Of a stretch of DNA of 64,000 nucleotides, positions 27,038 through 36,908 are shown piece after piece. Position 1 is the stretch's first letter. Every line of letters starts with the position of its first letter. Source of the DNA: a virus; IMG/VR virus record IMGVR_UViG_3300028591_000144. One strand, written 5' to 3'. A model generated the notes under the pieces. The model was not told where the DNA came from. It made no database searches and saw nothing but the letters and a program-made list of their open reading frames with translations. A program made the translations under genes and the position numbers.

Positions 27038-27249
27038 TTAATACTACAATAAAAAAAGGATATAAAGTTAAGTTATTTTCTAGTTTTGATGTGACTACGG
27101 AACTAGAACAATTTTTAAATGAAAATTCTATTATGCCTTCAGACATTGTATCTATTTCAATGGGATGCGATTCTAAAGCTCCTAATAGATTACTTCCATC
27201 TGGTATTAATAATATTCTTTTAGTTTATTTAGTTACAGAAAAATCATAA
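27034..27249 (+). CDS. Hypothetical protein, 71 aa
   Basis: Overlapping coupled start. Confidence 0.45.
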   Translation: MINTTIKKGYKVKLFSSFDVTTELEQFLNENSIMPSDIVSISMGCDSKAPNRLLPSGINNILLVYLVTEKS

Positions 27250-27270
27250 TAAAAAATAAGAGGATATGTT

Positions 27271-27783
27271 ATGAACGAATTAAATGTATTTAATAATACT
27301 TGGTGCCCTTGGAAATATCCTTCTAATTGGATTCATAATGTGCGTATGTTCTTTCGCCAGTTTAAATGGGCATATCAACGTGTGACTAGAGGTTATAGCG
27401 ACCCAGATTGGTATGATGCAGATGTTTATTTCTCTAGATTATTTACACAAATACTTAGAAAACTTGCTGATGAAGGAATGGGATATCCTGGAACTGAAGA
27501 ATTTCCTACTTATGAATCTTGGAAAGATTATCTTTATAAAATTATTTATTATTTTAATTACTCTTTACAAGATAATCTCCCTAATGAGTATAAAGATGCT
27601 TGGTTAAAAACTTGGGAAGATAAACCTATTGAAGAACAATTTAATGGAAAACATACTCCAGAAGAAAAAGAAATTATTAATAAATTTCTTGATAAAGAAA
27701 TAGATAATGATAATAAAAAAATTGAAGCACGTAAAAAGGCTTGGGCAATGCTTGACCACGTATATGAATCACTTTGGGATTAA
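27271..27783 (+). CDS. Hypothetical protein, 170 aa
   Basis: RBS AAGAGGA. Confidence 0.7.
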   Translation: MNELNVFNNTWCPWKYPSNWIHNVRMFFRQFKWAYQRVTRGYSDPDWYDADVYFSRLFTQILRKLADEGMGYPGTEEFPTYESWKDYLYKIIYYFNYSLQDNLPNEYKDAWLKTWEDKPIEEQFNGKHTPEEKEIINKFLDKEIDNDNKKIEARKKAWAMLDHVYESLWD

Positions 27784-27835
27784 TTGAAGAATATACAAAA
27801 ATTACTTTTTGGTTTGATATGGAGTATAACTAAAT

Positions 27836-28093
27836 ATGATAAATAAAGAAAAAATGAAAATCGTTATTGAAAATTATTTTAAAGATACTTGTGATATTAA
27901 CACTTCCATAAAAGAAGCTTTTATTAAAGGTTTTGAAATAGGCGTAGAAAAGGGTCAATCTTTAAAATCAGAAAGACAAATTGGCCATTGGGTTTATGAT
28001 ATGGGAGATTGGTATATCTGTTCTATTTGTCATAAATCCAGTATCAGAAATAATTATTGTCCTAATTGTGGAGCAAAGATGGAGAATATATGA
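27836..28093 (+). CDS. Zn-ribbon protein of the CPNCGA-K/R/D-M family (paralogues at 46662, 47187 and 59049)
   Basis: C-terminus CSICHK...YCPNCGAKMENI. Confidence 0.65.
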   Translation: MINKEKMKIVIENYFKDTCDINTSIKEAFIKGFEIGVEKGQSLKSERQIGHWVYDMGDWYICSICHKSSIRNNYCPNCGAKMENI

Positions 28094-28314
28094 AAGAATT
28101 TAAAGGTAGAGTTTTTGCGACTTCTAATGATTTCAGAGATGATGAATATGGAAAGTTTATTTTTCGATGGGATGATAATGTAATAAAAGTCAATTGTTTT
28201 AGTGATGAATCAGAATATAGTCCTGATAAATGGGAGGAATATGGTTTATTCGCTTACCATCCTGGATATACCCGTCATCAAGAGAGCGATTGGACAGTAA
28301 TTACATTAATTTAA
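28090..28314 (+). CDS. Hypothetical protein, 74 aa
   Basis: RBS GGAGA plus ATG overlapping the upstream stop. Confidence 0.5.
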   Translation: MKEFKGRVFATSNDFRDDEYGKFIFRWDDNVIKVNCFSDESEYSPDKWEEYGLFAYHPGYTRHQESDWTVITLI

Positions 28315-28349
28315 TGGGTATTATTAATTGAAAAAGACTAAAATTTTAA

Positions 28350-28440
28350 TTTCATATAGAGATTGCGCGAACCAGATTATCCGCCACGGGAAAACTAGAC
28401 TTTACCGAGTAGATTAAGCTATTCGCGCAGCTTTATAATA
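28350..28440 (+). ncRNA. Conserved structured element, copy 2 (ATTGCGCGAACCAGATTATCCGCCACGGGAAAACTAGACTTTACCGAGTAGATTAAGCTATTCGCGCAG)
   Basis: See copy 1 at 18775. Confidence 0.5.
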
Positions 28441-28455
28441 TAAGAAAGGTAAAAA

Positions 28456-28638
28456 ATGCAAGAAAAATTATTGCCATTAGATTATATTGAATTAAGAACT
28501 GCAATTCATAAAATTTTTAATGAATTATTAGATAGAGAGTTTGAATGTGCGCAGGCTAATGAATTTGATTATGAATATTTTGAAGCAAAAACTGATGATA
28601 TTTTAAGACTAATTAAAAGACAAAATCAAAATAATTAA
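28456..28638 (+). CDS. Hypothetical protein, 60 aa
   Basis: RBS AAGAAAGG. Confidence 0.5.
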   Translation: MQEKLLPLDYIELRTAIHKIFNELLDREFECAQANEFDYEYFEAKTDDILRLIKRQNQNN

Positions 28639-28713
28639 ATAATTTTGTATATTGATTTTTTTTAAATTATATGATATAATATTTATATAAAATATAGAAG
28701 GGAATATTTTATT

Positions 28714-28983
28714 ATGAAGAAAATTATCAATGTTTATCATGACCGCGTTAATCATGTTTTGTTTGCCGCAAAAGATTATAGAACTGCTGTGCAGACATTG
28801 TTTGGTGATAAATGGATTTCTACTAAAGAAGAAATTCAGATTGATAATGAATGGACTACACTTGAAGACTATTATTATCCTAAAGACCCAGCAGATTTAA
28901 TGGCAGACGACTGGGACATTGATATGTTTAATGAATTTTGGGCTAGAGACTTTTGGATGGAAGAAGTAGATTATATTGATTAA
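28714..28983 (+). CDS. Hypothetical protein, 89 aa
   Basis: Class-2 promoter at 28662. RBS AGAAGGGA. Confidence 0.6.
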   Translation: MKKIINVYHDRVNHVLFAAKDYRTAVQTLFGDKWISTKEEIQIDNEWTTLEDYYYPKDPADLMADDWDIDMFNEFWARDFWMEEVDYID

Positions 28984-29053
28984 AGGACTTTATAAACCGA
29001 TTATGAATTTTATGATTGGTTTTTTGCTTTTGAAGAAAACGAGGTAAATACTT

Positions 29054-29218
29054 ATGACTAATTTTGAATTACTTCAATATTTAAAAGATGAAGGTATCCT
29101 TTATTTTGAAGATTATTATATAGATAAGTCACAAGATTTTTATATAACAGCTTTTGATGGTGATGGTTGGAATTCTACGATTATTCATTTTAATAAGGAA
29201 GGAAATGTAATAAAATGA
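29054..29218 (+). CDS. Small protein, 54 aa
   Basis: RBS GAGGT. Ends with ATGA overlap into 29215. Confidence 0.4.
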   Translation: MTNFELLQYLKDEGILYFEDYYIDKSQDFYITAFDGDGWNSTIIHFNKEGNVIK

Positions 29219-29781
29219 TTGAAAGTCTTTATAAACCTTTCCAGAAGTGGGCAGAAAAAAATGCTATATGGATAATTTCTGACCTCCACTTTGGTGAGGA
29301 CGAAGACCTCCGTAAAGCATATCCTAATCGCCCTACTGCGGAAGAAATGATTAAAAATATCAACCAGAAGGTTGGTAAAAATGGCACCCTTATAGTTTGC
29401 GGAGATGCTGGTTTGCCCGAATATGTAAAACAGCTTAAAGGATATAAAGTTCTTATTAAAGGCAATCATGAACCTGGTCTTGCGAACTTTGATGGGATTT
29501 TTGATGAAGTATATGAAGGTATGCTTATTATTCATCCTCGTATTATTCTTTCTCATGAACCTTTTAAAACTCCTTATATGTACAATGTCCATGGTCATGT
29601 GCATGGTGGTGCTTTTTGTGAATATGGCTCTATGAATGTATGCGCTGATGTAATTGGATATTCTCCTATTAATTTTAATGCATTTATTAAATCTGGCAAA
29701 CTTAAAGAGTGCATTGATATTCATAGAGAAACTATTGATAAACAAACGGCAAATAAAAAGAAAAGAGGTCAGCGAAGATAG
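29215..29781 (+). CDS. Calcineurin-like metallophosphoesterase (lambda-PPase / Pnkp-phosphatase-like)
   Basis: Canonical motifs in order: ISDLHFG (DxH), GDAG (GDxx), GNHE, and GHVH...GG. Confidence 0.85.
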   Translation: MIESLYKPFQKWAEKNAIWIISDLHFGEDEDLRKAYPNRPTAEEMIKNINQKVGKNGTLIVCGDAGLPEYVKQLKGYKVLIKGNHEPGLANFDGIFDEVYEGMLIIHPRIILSHEPFKTPYMYNVHGHVHGGAFCEYGSMNVCADVIGYSPINFNAFIKSGKLKECIDIHRETIDKQTANKKKRGQRR

Positions 29782-29858
29782 GCTGGCCTCTATGAAGATT
29801 ATCCAGATATTGATATAATAGAAGCTATTACTTTATTTTGTTAAAAGGAAAAAATAAA

Positions 29859-30089
29859 ATGGTAACTATTATTCAAAGACCAACTAAACTAATTACTTAT
29901 TATGGTTTTAAATGTCTTAAATGTGGTTGTAAATTTACAGCAGATGAAGAAGATATTAATATAGACCCTGACATGGATAATGGTATCCTTTATACAGTTT
30001 ATAGTATTCAATGTCCTTGGTGTAAATCAATGGGATATTATTTAGAAGATGAAATAACGAGACTATGTCGCACTGAGGAGATAGAATGA
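29859..30089 (+). CDS. Zn-ribbon protein, family D paralogue (IIQRPTKL...CLKCGC...CPWC)
   Basis: Family motifs. RBS AAAGGA. Confidence 0.6.
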   Translation: MVTIIQRPTKLITYYGFKCLKCGCKFTADEEDINIDPDMDNGILYTVYSIQCPWCKSMGYYLEDEITRLCRTEEIE

Positions 30090-30283
30090 CTAAATATATT
30101 GCTAAAAAAGAACTTGCTGATGAAGATTGGAAAACGCAACTTGCCAAAGGATATGAAAATATTCCGCAAGGAGCAGAGTGCTAGTTTATTAAATCTGTTC
30201 ATAATTTCTATGGTAATTATATTTTAGTAGAATATAATAATCATACATATTATGTTAATCCTTGTGATTTAAAAAAAGTTTAA
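30086..30283 (+). CDS. Small protein, 65 aa, 1 in-frame TAG
   Basis: ATGA-coupled start. Continuous only with TAG decoded. Confidence 0.35.
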
Positions 30284-30297
30284 TAGGAGAATTATAT

Positions 30298-30552
30298 ATG
30301 AAAAAAATCTATGTGCTTTTTAATTATGATACCAATGAAATTATCCTTGCTACGGAAGATAAAGAATTTGCACAAGAATGTATGTGTGACTGTTTTATGG
30401 CTGATGTTAATTTCCAATGGTACTGGGAACAGCAGAATCGTGGTATCGGTGATACTTATGCTGAAAGATGTGAAACTGCTAAGAGTATTTGGTATGATAT
30501 GATAAACTGGTATAATAATTATATTGATATCACAGAAAGTGAGATCGTTTAA
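30298..30552 (+). CDS. Hypothetical protein, 84 aa (paralogue pair with 30569..30826)
   Basis: Both end WYNNYIDITESEIV / WYKEYYDISENRLI. Confidence 0.6.
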   Translation: MKKIYVLFNYDTNEIILATEDKEFAQECMCDCFMADVNFQWYWEQQNRGIGDTYAERCETAKSIWYDMINWYNNYIDITESEIV

Positions 30553-30568
30553 TTAAGGAGTATTATTT

Positions 30569-30826
30569 ATGATAGTTTATTCATTAGTTAATAAAGAATT
30601 TGGCGAAGTAGAATATGTTTCTATTGATAAAGAAGTAATTGAAGAAATTATGATGGATAATTTTATGCTTGATTTTCAGGGACAGTGTCAAGCAAGTGAA
30701 GATGAAGATTATATAAATGTAGAAGCTCCTAATGAAGATACATATACAATAATCAAAGATAATTGGGATATTCTTATGCGATGGTATAAAGAATATTATG
30801 ATATTAGTGAAAATAGATTGATATAA
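30569..30826 (+). CDS. Hypothetical protein, 85 aa, paralogue of 30298..30552
   Basis: Tandem duplicate. RBS AAGGAG. Confidence 0.6.
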   Translation: MIVYSLVNKEFGEVEYVSIDKEVIEEIMMDNFMLDFQGQCQASEDEDYINVEAPNEDTYTIIKDNWDILMRWYKEYYDISENRLI

Positions 30827-30848
30827 AAAATCTTGAAAGGATTTTAAA

Positions 30849-31073
30849 ATGAAACATAATAATAATGAATTTTATCGAGTAGTTCTTGATGGAGTAGAAG
30901 ATCAATATTTTTTCCATAATCATGAACATGCTTGTGCCTTTCTTCTAGAGTCTTATTTTGATGATTTTGAAGTTGAAGATAAAGATGAAATTGAACAAAT
31001 TAACGAAAATGTTCAAAACTACGACTCTATTGATGATTATGGATATATTGAAGTAGTATGTTTTGAAGATTAA
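30849..31073 (+). CDS. Hypothetical acidic protein, 74 aa
   Basis: ORF with RBS-like GAAAGGA. Confidence 0.55.
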   Translation: MKHNNNEFYRVVLDGVEDQYFFHNHEHACAFLLESYFDDFEVEDKDEIEQINENVQNYDSIDDYGYIEVVCFED

Positions 31074-31075
31074 TA

Positions 31076-31291
31076 ATGGAAACAATTTTTATTCTTACTT
31101 AGAAAGTACCTCGCGCAGAAACAACTGATACTTCAATTATTTTATCGAGCAACGATCGAACGACGGTCGAAGAATTATTGTTATCTATTTATCAAGAAGC
31201 AAAAGAAAAACATAATGATGATATTTTTTTGAGTCAATTTATTAATACATTTAATATCATCCAAGTCCCATTTATTCATAATTCTATATAA
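31076..31291 (+). CDS. Small protein, 71 aa, 1 in-frame TAG
   Basis: Coupled start. Continuous only if TAG is sense. Confidence 0.35.
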
Positions 31292-31388
31292 AAGATTTAA
31301 GAGACTATAATATATAGTCTCTTAATTGATTTTTTTAAAAAAATATTATATAATATTTATATAAAGTTAAGAAAGGAAAAAGTTTATT

Positions 31389-31595
31389 ATGATTACTTAT
31401 CGTCCTAAATCTTGGAGCGCACAAGCTCGTAATTTTGCAAATAATATTTATGAATCTGGTATATGGATGGTTGAACACGGGGAATGGACTGAAGCACAGC
31501 GGCGTCAGGAAATGATTAAAAGCTTTCAGCAAAGTTATCATAATAAATTGATTGTATATCGTGCAGCTAAGCGTGCTCACCGCAAAGGTTGGTAA
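31389..31595 (+). CDS. Hypothetical protein, 68 aa
   Basis: Class-2 promoter at 31326. RBS AAGGAAAAAG. Confidence 0.6.
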   Translation: MITYRPKSWSAQARNFANNIYESGIWMVEHGEWTEAQRRQEMIKSFQQSYHNKLIVYRAAKRAHRKGW

Positions 31596-31603
31596 TAAAG
31601 ACA

Positions 31604-31792
31604 ATGGAATTTATTAAGAATCATATTTATCAATGGAATATCAGTGGAGTTCCACAACAAGGTAAGTGGACAGGAAACCTTGACACTTATCCTGAATTTG
31701 AGAATAATTTGATTATGCAGAATGAAATGGGGGTTTTGTGGTCGATTAGCCCTCAGCATATTATTAAAGAAGTAAAACAGGAAAGTGAGTGA
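31604..31792 (+). CDS. Hypothetical protein, 62 aa
   Basis: The internal ATG is preferred. Confidence 0.45.
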   Translation: MEFIKNHIYQWNISGVPQQGKWTGNLDTYPEFENNLIMQNEMGVLWSISPQHIIKEVKQESE

Positions 31793-31798
31793 TATATT

Positions 31799-32542
31799 AT
31801 GCCAGCTTTGGTTGCTAAGTCATATCAGGGTTTAGAGCAGTTGTGTGAGCCTTATAAAATTAATGGAAAAGAATATGTAAAAGTGCGCCTCAAATCAGGG
31901 CAACTTAAACAAGTTCGTAGTTATACAGAAAAAGAATATGCTAAATATAATCCAAAAGTAGAAATTATTCAGCCTGCAAAAAGTCAGCGTGAAGTTTTTG
32001 GTTTTGGTGAACAAGGTTTTATTTGGGTATTTAAAGGTGATACTTATTCTTGCCTTGATTGGTTTCGTTGGGCTCCTACGAGATATGCTCGTCCATTTGG
32101 CTGGTATCTACCCTCTGATATGGAAATGCCTGAACCTTTGCCTGTTGGAGTTACTCCAGTAAAACTGCCTTGGGAAGCTGTAAAAGCAGATGATGAGCAT
32201 CTAAAATCTGAAAAAGAACTTGTAGATATTGTTGCTGATTATATTTATGATGCTGGCACTTCTGAATGGCTTGGCGAAATTGGTGATCGTATTCGTGATT
32301 TGGAAGTTGTTTGTACTCATATTGCTTGTGTAAATAATTTTTATGGGACTTCTAATATTATTACTTTTAAAGATAATAATGGTAATAATATAATGTGGGC
32401 TACTAGTTCTAATCAAAATATTGAGGAAGATAAACGATATCTTTTAAGTGGAACTATTAAAACTCTTGAAAAGTATCGTGCGCAGAAACAGACAGTTCTT
32501 AAAAATTGTCGTATTAAAGAGGTAGAAGAGTCAATCCTTTAA
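31799..32542 (+). CDS. Hypothetical protein, 247 aa
   Basis: Long ORF. Terminator at 32543-32570. Confidence 0.7.
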   Translation: MPALVAKSYQGLEQLCEPYKINGKEYVKVRLKSGQLKQVRSYTEKEYAKYNPKVEIIQPAKSQREVFGFGEQGFIWVFKGDTYSCLDWFRWAPTRYARPFGWYLPSDMEMPEPLPVGVTPVKLPWEAVKADDEHLKSEKELVDIVADYIYDAGTSEWLGEIGDRIRDLEVVCTHIACVNNFYGTSNIITFKDNNGNNIMWATSSNQNIEEDKRYLLSGTIKTLEKYRAQKQTVLKNCRIKEVEESIL

Positions 32543-32614
32543 TAGGATTGACTTTTTTTATTTTTTATAATATAATAATAATAGTTAAAGATTTAAGATA
32601 AAGGTGGTAAGTTA

Positions 32615-33514
32615 ATGGCAACAACAAATGCAACAATAACAGCAACTTCTAATAGCTCTTGTTGTACAGATACCATACAAGCATCATTAAATAATTGTAC
32701 TTATAGTGATAATACCTCAATTACAGGTAATTTATTATATGTAGATTCTATTCCTAGTAATATTAATTGGGGAACTTCTATACCTTCTGTAGGTGATGTT
32801 TATTGGAATCAAACTGATAATACAATGTATATTTATAATAATACAGAAAAAGATAAAGAAAAGGATAATAAAATAATGAATAACAATTTTAACTTTGGTA
32901 CTTATGATGCAAACAATATTCGTATGTCGCTTTATGGGACTGCAGTAAAAAGCAATGATAACAAATGGGTAGCTTATGATAAAAAAAGCAAGAAACTTAT
33001 TGATGTTGATGTATTCAATTTCAATATTGATTCTTCAAAAATCTTTTACAAGATTCCAAAAGCAATTGATGAAGTAGTAGAAGGTGATACTATCCTGCAT
33101 AATGGTAAAGTAGTATTCGTCGAATCAGTGCGCGAGGACAGTAAGTTTGACGTAATTGACCCCAGTGAGGGCACATTTATTACTATTCTTCCACTTGTTT
33201 CGCCTTTTGGCTATAGTTATCTTACTGTTATTATGTCACTTCTTGATTGTATGCCTGAAGCTAGTGAAGATAGTCCATTTGGTGGCCTGCTTCCTATTTT
33301 ACTTTCTGGAAGTAATAATAGCGCTGGTATGATGATGGCCATTATGCGTAATAAGAATTTTGATAAGCTTGACCCAATGCTTCTTATGCTTGCTTTTGGT
33401 AATCAAAATAATCTAGGTTTATATTATATGATGACTATGATGACAAAACAAAATAGTCAAAAAGAAAAAGCTAAAACAATTAGAGAAGCACTAAAGGAAA
33501 AAGAAGAAGAATAA
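32615..33514 (+). CDS. Hypothetical protein, 299 aa (S/T/N-rich N-terminus, Met-rich C-terminus)
   Basis: Long ORF with RBS AAAGGTGG. Confidence 0.7.
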   Translation: MATTNATITATSNSSCCTDTIQASLNNCTYSDNTSITGNLLYVDSIPSNINWGTSIPSVGDVYWNQTDNTMYIYNNTEKDKEKDNKIMNNNFNFGTYDANNIRMSLYGTAVKSNDNKWVAYDKKSKKLIDVDVFNFNIDSSKIFYKIPKAIDEVVEGDTILHNGKVVFVESVREDSKFDVIDPSEGTFITILPLVSPFGYSYLTVIMSLLDCMPEASEDSPFGGLLPILLSGSNNSAGMMMAIMRNKNFDKLDPMLLMLAFGNQNNLGLYYMMTMMTKQNSQKEKAKTIREALKEKEEE

Positions 33515-33520
33515 TAAATA

Positions 33521-33560
33521 ATTAATAATCGACCGACGATCGTTTGTCGGTCGATTATTT
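33521..33560 (+). terminator. Hairpin terminator AATCGACCGACGATCG-TTTG-TCGGTCGATT plus T-tract (a TCGACCGACGATCG-type motif also used at 48322)
   Basis: Read directly. Confidence 0.75.
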
Positions 33561-33623
33561 TTATTGATTTTATATAAAAAATATGATATAATATTTATAG
33601 AATTAATAAAAAGAGGTATTTTT

Positions 33624-33833
33624 ATGAATAATTTTTTTACAGTATTTTTGGAAGATGGAACTAATTATCATTTTAGAAATGAACTTAATGCTTATAAATT
33701 TCTTTGGGAAACTTATTTGCGCAATTGCCCAAATGAATCTGAAGATATGAAAGCTGAGGCTAAAGAACAGCTTGATGAGCACGGTCTTATTGATGGAATT
33801 GGTGCATATTATGAAAGTGATTTTGAGGATTAA
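33624..33833 (+). CDS. Hypothetical protein, 69 aa
   Basis: RBS AAGAGG. Class-2 promoter at 33564. Confidence 0.55.
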   Translation: MNNFFTVFLEDGTNYHFRNELNAYKFLWETYLRNCPNESEDMKAEAKEQLDEHGLIDGIGAYYESDFED

Positions 33834-33845
33834 TAAATAAAAATT

Positions 33846-34028
33846 ATGGAAACAAAAAAGCTTCTTAAATTGAATGAGCAAAAAACAGCTTATGATATTT
33901 TAAATGTAATTAAAGCTTATGCATATTCTAAAGAAAATGAATTTATTCAATTTCGTGTAAATAATGGTAGTAAAGGCGTTATTGATGCTATTATAAAATA
34001 TATTGAAACTACCTATTTAACTGATTAG
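33846..34028 (+). CDS. Hypothetical protein, 60 aa
   Basis: ORF. Confidence 0.45.
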   Translation: METKKLLKLNEQKTAYDILNVIKAYAYSKENEFIQFRVNNGSKGVIDAIIKYIETTYLTD

Positions 34029-34042
34029 GCAAAGGAGTAAAT

Positions 34043-34318
34043 ATGAACGAAGTCAGAATTAATTTAAATGAATTCGTAAAAGTTAAGTTGACTGACTTAG
34101 GCAAGGATATTTATTATCACCAATTCGACGAAATAAACCAACGATGGGGAAGAATTGTTTGCAAACCATCATTTCCAAAAGAAGACTCAGATGGATATAC
34201 GAAGTTTCAACTGTGGGAGTTCATAGAAATCTACGGCGAACACATTGGAATGACAAAGCCGAATGTAATTGAACCACTTGACATCATATATGAATTGCAG
34301 GGAGAGGAGAGCAAATAA
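34043..34318 (+). CDS. Hypothetical protein, 91 aa
   Basis: RBS AAGGAG. Confidence 0.6.
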   Translation: MNEVRINLNEFVKVKLTDLGKDIYYHQFDEINQRWGRIVCKPSFPKEDSDGYTKFQLWEFIEIYGEHIGMTKPNVIEPLDIIYELQGEESK

Positions 34319-34485
34319 TGAAAAAAATAATTGGATTCATTCTTATGGTTTTCGTCCTCGCTCTTTTGATTGGAGCCACTTGTTATGTGTGTGGTTGGAA
34401 GATAGGAATAACATTATGGGGAATAGGTTTTGTTTTGGCGTTGATGATTGTAATCGCCATATATCTAATTGAAGAGGGCGAATGA
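34318..34485 (+). CDS. Small membrane protein, 55 aa (two TM helices)
   Basis: Coupled start. Hydrophobic throughout. Confidence 0.45.
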   Translation: MKKIIGFILMVFVLALLIGATCYVCGWKIGITLWGIGFVLALMIVIAIYLIEEGE

Positions 34486-34688
34486 TGGCAGCGTTTTTCT
34501 CACAAAATGGATTTGCTTGTGCTTGTAACAAAAATGAGTGCGATGATTGCAATAAAAAATATACAGTTTCAACTAACGCCGACCGTATCCGTAGTATGTC
34601 AGATGAAGAGTTAGCTAAATGGATATGTGATATTTTAGATGATAATTGTTTCAAAGAATGGCTTAATTGGTTAAGGCAGGAGGAATAA
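34482..34688 (+). CDS. Cys-rich small protein of the NADRIRSM(S/T)D(E/D)ELA...WL(N/D)WLRQE family (paralogue 58044..58319)
   Basis: Motifs shared with the protein of 58044..58319. Confidence 0.6.
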   Translation: MMAAFFSQNGFACACNKNECDDCNKKYTVSTNADRIRSMSDEELAKWICDILDDNCFKEWLNWLRQEE

Positions 34689-34808
34689 AACGAAACTCTA
34701 TACTATTGAATTTGGCATAAAATTTTATTAATAAAATTACTTATTTGATTTTTTTTAAAAAATTTGGTATAATATTTATAGAATTAATAAAAAGGAGTAA
34801 AAATTATT

Positions 34809-35102
34809 ATGCCTGGTCGCAATTCTTCTAGCCCTTATACAACACAGATGACAAATGATATTACTATGCGCATTCTGGCTGTTCTTATTGAAAATCCACA
34901 GCCTATGACAATTAGTGAAATTTGTAATGCAGATTTGCTATTGCGTAATATTACATCACAGAAAATGACTCGTTCTTTGACAAGACTTTGTGATGCTGGA
35001 TTGATTCTTAAATCCAAGAGCAAGAGCAAAGGTAGAATGGTATATATGGATGCTGACGCCTTTGCTAAACAGGGATTTGATTTGGATAAAGTGGTTTGTT
35101 AG
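34809..35102 (+). CDS. Winged-helix transcriptional regulator-like protein, 97 aa
   Basis: The PMTISEICNADLL...TRSLTRLCDAGLILK pattern resembles ArsR/MarR-type wHTH. Confidence 0.55.
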   Translation: MPGRNSSSPYTTQMTNDITMRILAVLIENPQPMTISEICNADLLLRNITSQKMTRSLTRLCDAGLILKSKSKSKGRMVYMDADAFAKQGFDLDKVVC

Positions 35103-35134
35103 TAATATAATAAAATAATCTTAAGGAGTTAGCT

Positions 35135-35335
35135 ATGACAGTATATGAAAAGATTGATAAGGTATTGCGCGAACACGAGAATTATAAATATGCTACAAGG
35201 AGCCTTGATAGTCTAAGTGGATACATTGACTGGGCATGGAAATTCCGTAAGATTACGCCTGAGCAAAAAGATGAAGTATGTGATAGAATTTGCGCGCTTT
35301 ATGATAAAGAACTTACTTTAATGAAAAGGGGTTGA
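35135..35335 (+). CDS. Hypothetical protein, 66 aa
   Basis: RBS AAGGAG. Confidence 0.55.
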   Translation: MTVYEKIDKVLREHENYKYATRSLDSLSGYIDWAWKFRKITPEQKDEVCDRICALYDKELTLMKRG

Positions 35336-35340
35336 TACTT

Positions 35341-35877
35341 ATGAGAAAGATTATTCTACCTAAACTGCATATTTCCCTTGAGAGATGGAGATATAATAGA
35401 GAATACGATGTTTATGTATCTACTCTTGGCAGATTGAAAGATAAAGAAGGAAAAATTTGTTCAGTATGCAAGCACGAAGGATATTTGCAGTATCGCGGAA
35501 AGCCTGTACATCGTATTGTTGCAAAAACTTGGATTCCTACTCCAGGAAGTGCTTTTTTGACAGTCGATCATTTAAACCATAATACATTTGATAATAGAGT
35601 TTGTAATCTAGAAGTAGTAACAAAAGAAGAAAATGCAATGCGGGATAAAGCTGATTGTGCCGCAAACAAACCTACCCCCGAGTCTAAAAACGAAAAACCT
35701 ATTGGTTATGTTTTGCTGAATGGCGCAGAAGTAAAGCTATCTACTGCTAGAACGATTATGTATAATGATAAAGCTATTGGTAGCGCACGTCCACAGATTG
35801 ATAAACTTTTTAATCAAATTGAGAATGGGGCAACAGAAGGCAAATATGGAAATTATGTTCTGAAAAGAGTTGCTTAA
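35341..35877 (+). CDS. HNH endonuclease
   Basis: The HNH core VDHLNHNTFDNRVCNLEVVTKEEN is present, with upstream Cys/His ligands (CSVCKHEGY). Confidence 0.75.
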   Translation: MRKIILPKLHISLERWRYNREYDVYVSTLGRLKDKEGKICSVCKHEGYLQYRGKPVHRIVAKTWIPTPGSAFLTVDHLNHNTFDNRVCNLEVVTKEENAMRDKADCAANKPTPESKNEKPIGYVLLNGAEVKLSTARTIMYNDKAIGSARPQIDKLFNQIENGATEGKYGNYVLKRVA

Positions 35878-35879
35878 TT

Positions 35880-36050
35880 ATGGATAAAATAACTGATAGA
35901 CAAAAAGAATATATTCAAGAATTACAGGAAATGAGTATATATTCATTACCACAATTTAAAGGAACTACTAAGCAAGAAGCAGATAGGTATATCAGGCAAT
36001 ATGAAAAACTTGCTTATGAAAATGCATGGGCTATCACGAAAGGATATTAA
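35880..36050 (+). CDS. Small protein, 56 aa
   Basis: ORF between the HNH gene and 36052. Confidence 0.35.
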   Translation: MDKITDRQKEYIQELQEMSIYSLPQFKGTTKQEADRYIRQYEKLAYENAWAITKGY

Positions 36051-36051
36051 T

Positions 36052-36435
36052 ATGGAAAATCCAACAAAAGAAGGAAATTATACTACTATTTTTGCCGATG
36101 GTAGTGTTATATATGAAAATCCTTGGCTTATATTGCCAAATGGAAAAGGCAAATGGTATTGGAATGAAGAGTGTCGTGGTGGTGTCGTAGCATGGAATGA
36201 AATTCCAGAAGGTGGATATAAATTTCACAGATGGTATAAACTGCCCGAGGAAGAACTAGAAGAATTACTTGAAGCATGGCATCTTGTTAATGCGCTTGAT
36301 AAAGCTGGCGCATATGATTATGAAATATATAATCAAGCAATGCGCGATTATCTTGATAGTATGGATTGTGAAACATTTCAAGAAGTTATTAGAAATGATT
36401 TAGCTACTTATTATGCAGGCTATGAAGTAAAATGA
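36052..36435 (+). CDS. Hypothetical protein, 127 aa
   Basis: The internal ATG is preferred over the track start at 36001. Confidence 0.55.
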   Translation: MENPTKEGNYTTIFADGSVIYENPWLILPNGKGKWYWNEECRGGVVAWNEIPEGGYKFHRWYKLPEEELEELLEAWHLVNALDKAGAYDYEIYNQAMRDYLDSMDCETFQEVIRNDLATYYAGYEVK

Positions 36436-36542
36436 TGCGCTCATTCGTGCTTAACTACCTCCCTAAAGCTAGATAAAAAGTGGCAAATAAGCACGAATAA
36501 GCGCAGGATATAAATATAAAGAATAATTAATAAAGGTGAATT

Positions 36543-36908
36543 ATGGAGTTTTATAAAAAGTTAATATGGTATGCTGAAAAAATATATGATATTACTGTAA
36601 AACTTTCATTTTCAAAAGATAATTCTATTATGTTTATTCATACTCCGTTTGATGATTTTAAAATTTATCTTAAAGATAAAGAACGGTTTAACAATTATAC
36701 TGTGTCACATAAGAATAAAAAAGAGAATTGTAGTAATTGGCATACACAATTTAGATGTCGTGATTTAGATTATGGTATTTATATGTGCTTAGTTCATGGA
36801 TTTAATAAATGTCATAATATTTGGTCTTATGATCTTGATTATACTAGATTTAGAATTGATACTGTAAAAGCATATAATTATGAATTTGGAGTAAATTATG
36901 GAAATTAA
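36543..36908 (+). CDS. Hypothetical protein, 121 aa
   Basis: RBS AAAGGTG. Confidence 0.6.
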   Translation: MEFYKKLIWYAEKIYDITVKLSFSKDNSIMFIHTPFDDFKIYLKDKERFNNYTVSHKNKKENCSNWHTQFRCRDLDYGIYMCLVHGFNKCHNIWSYDLDYTRFRIDTVKAYNYEFGVNYGN

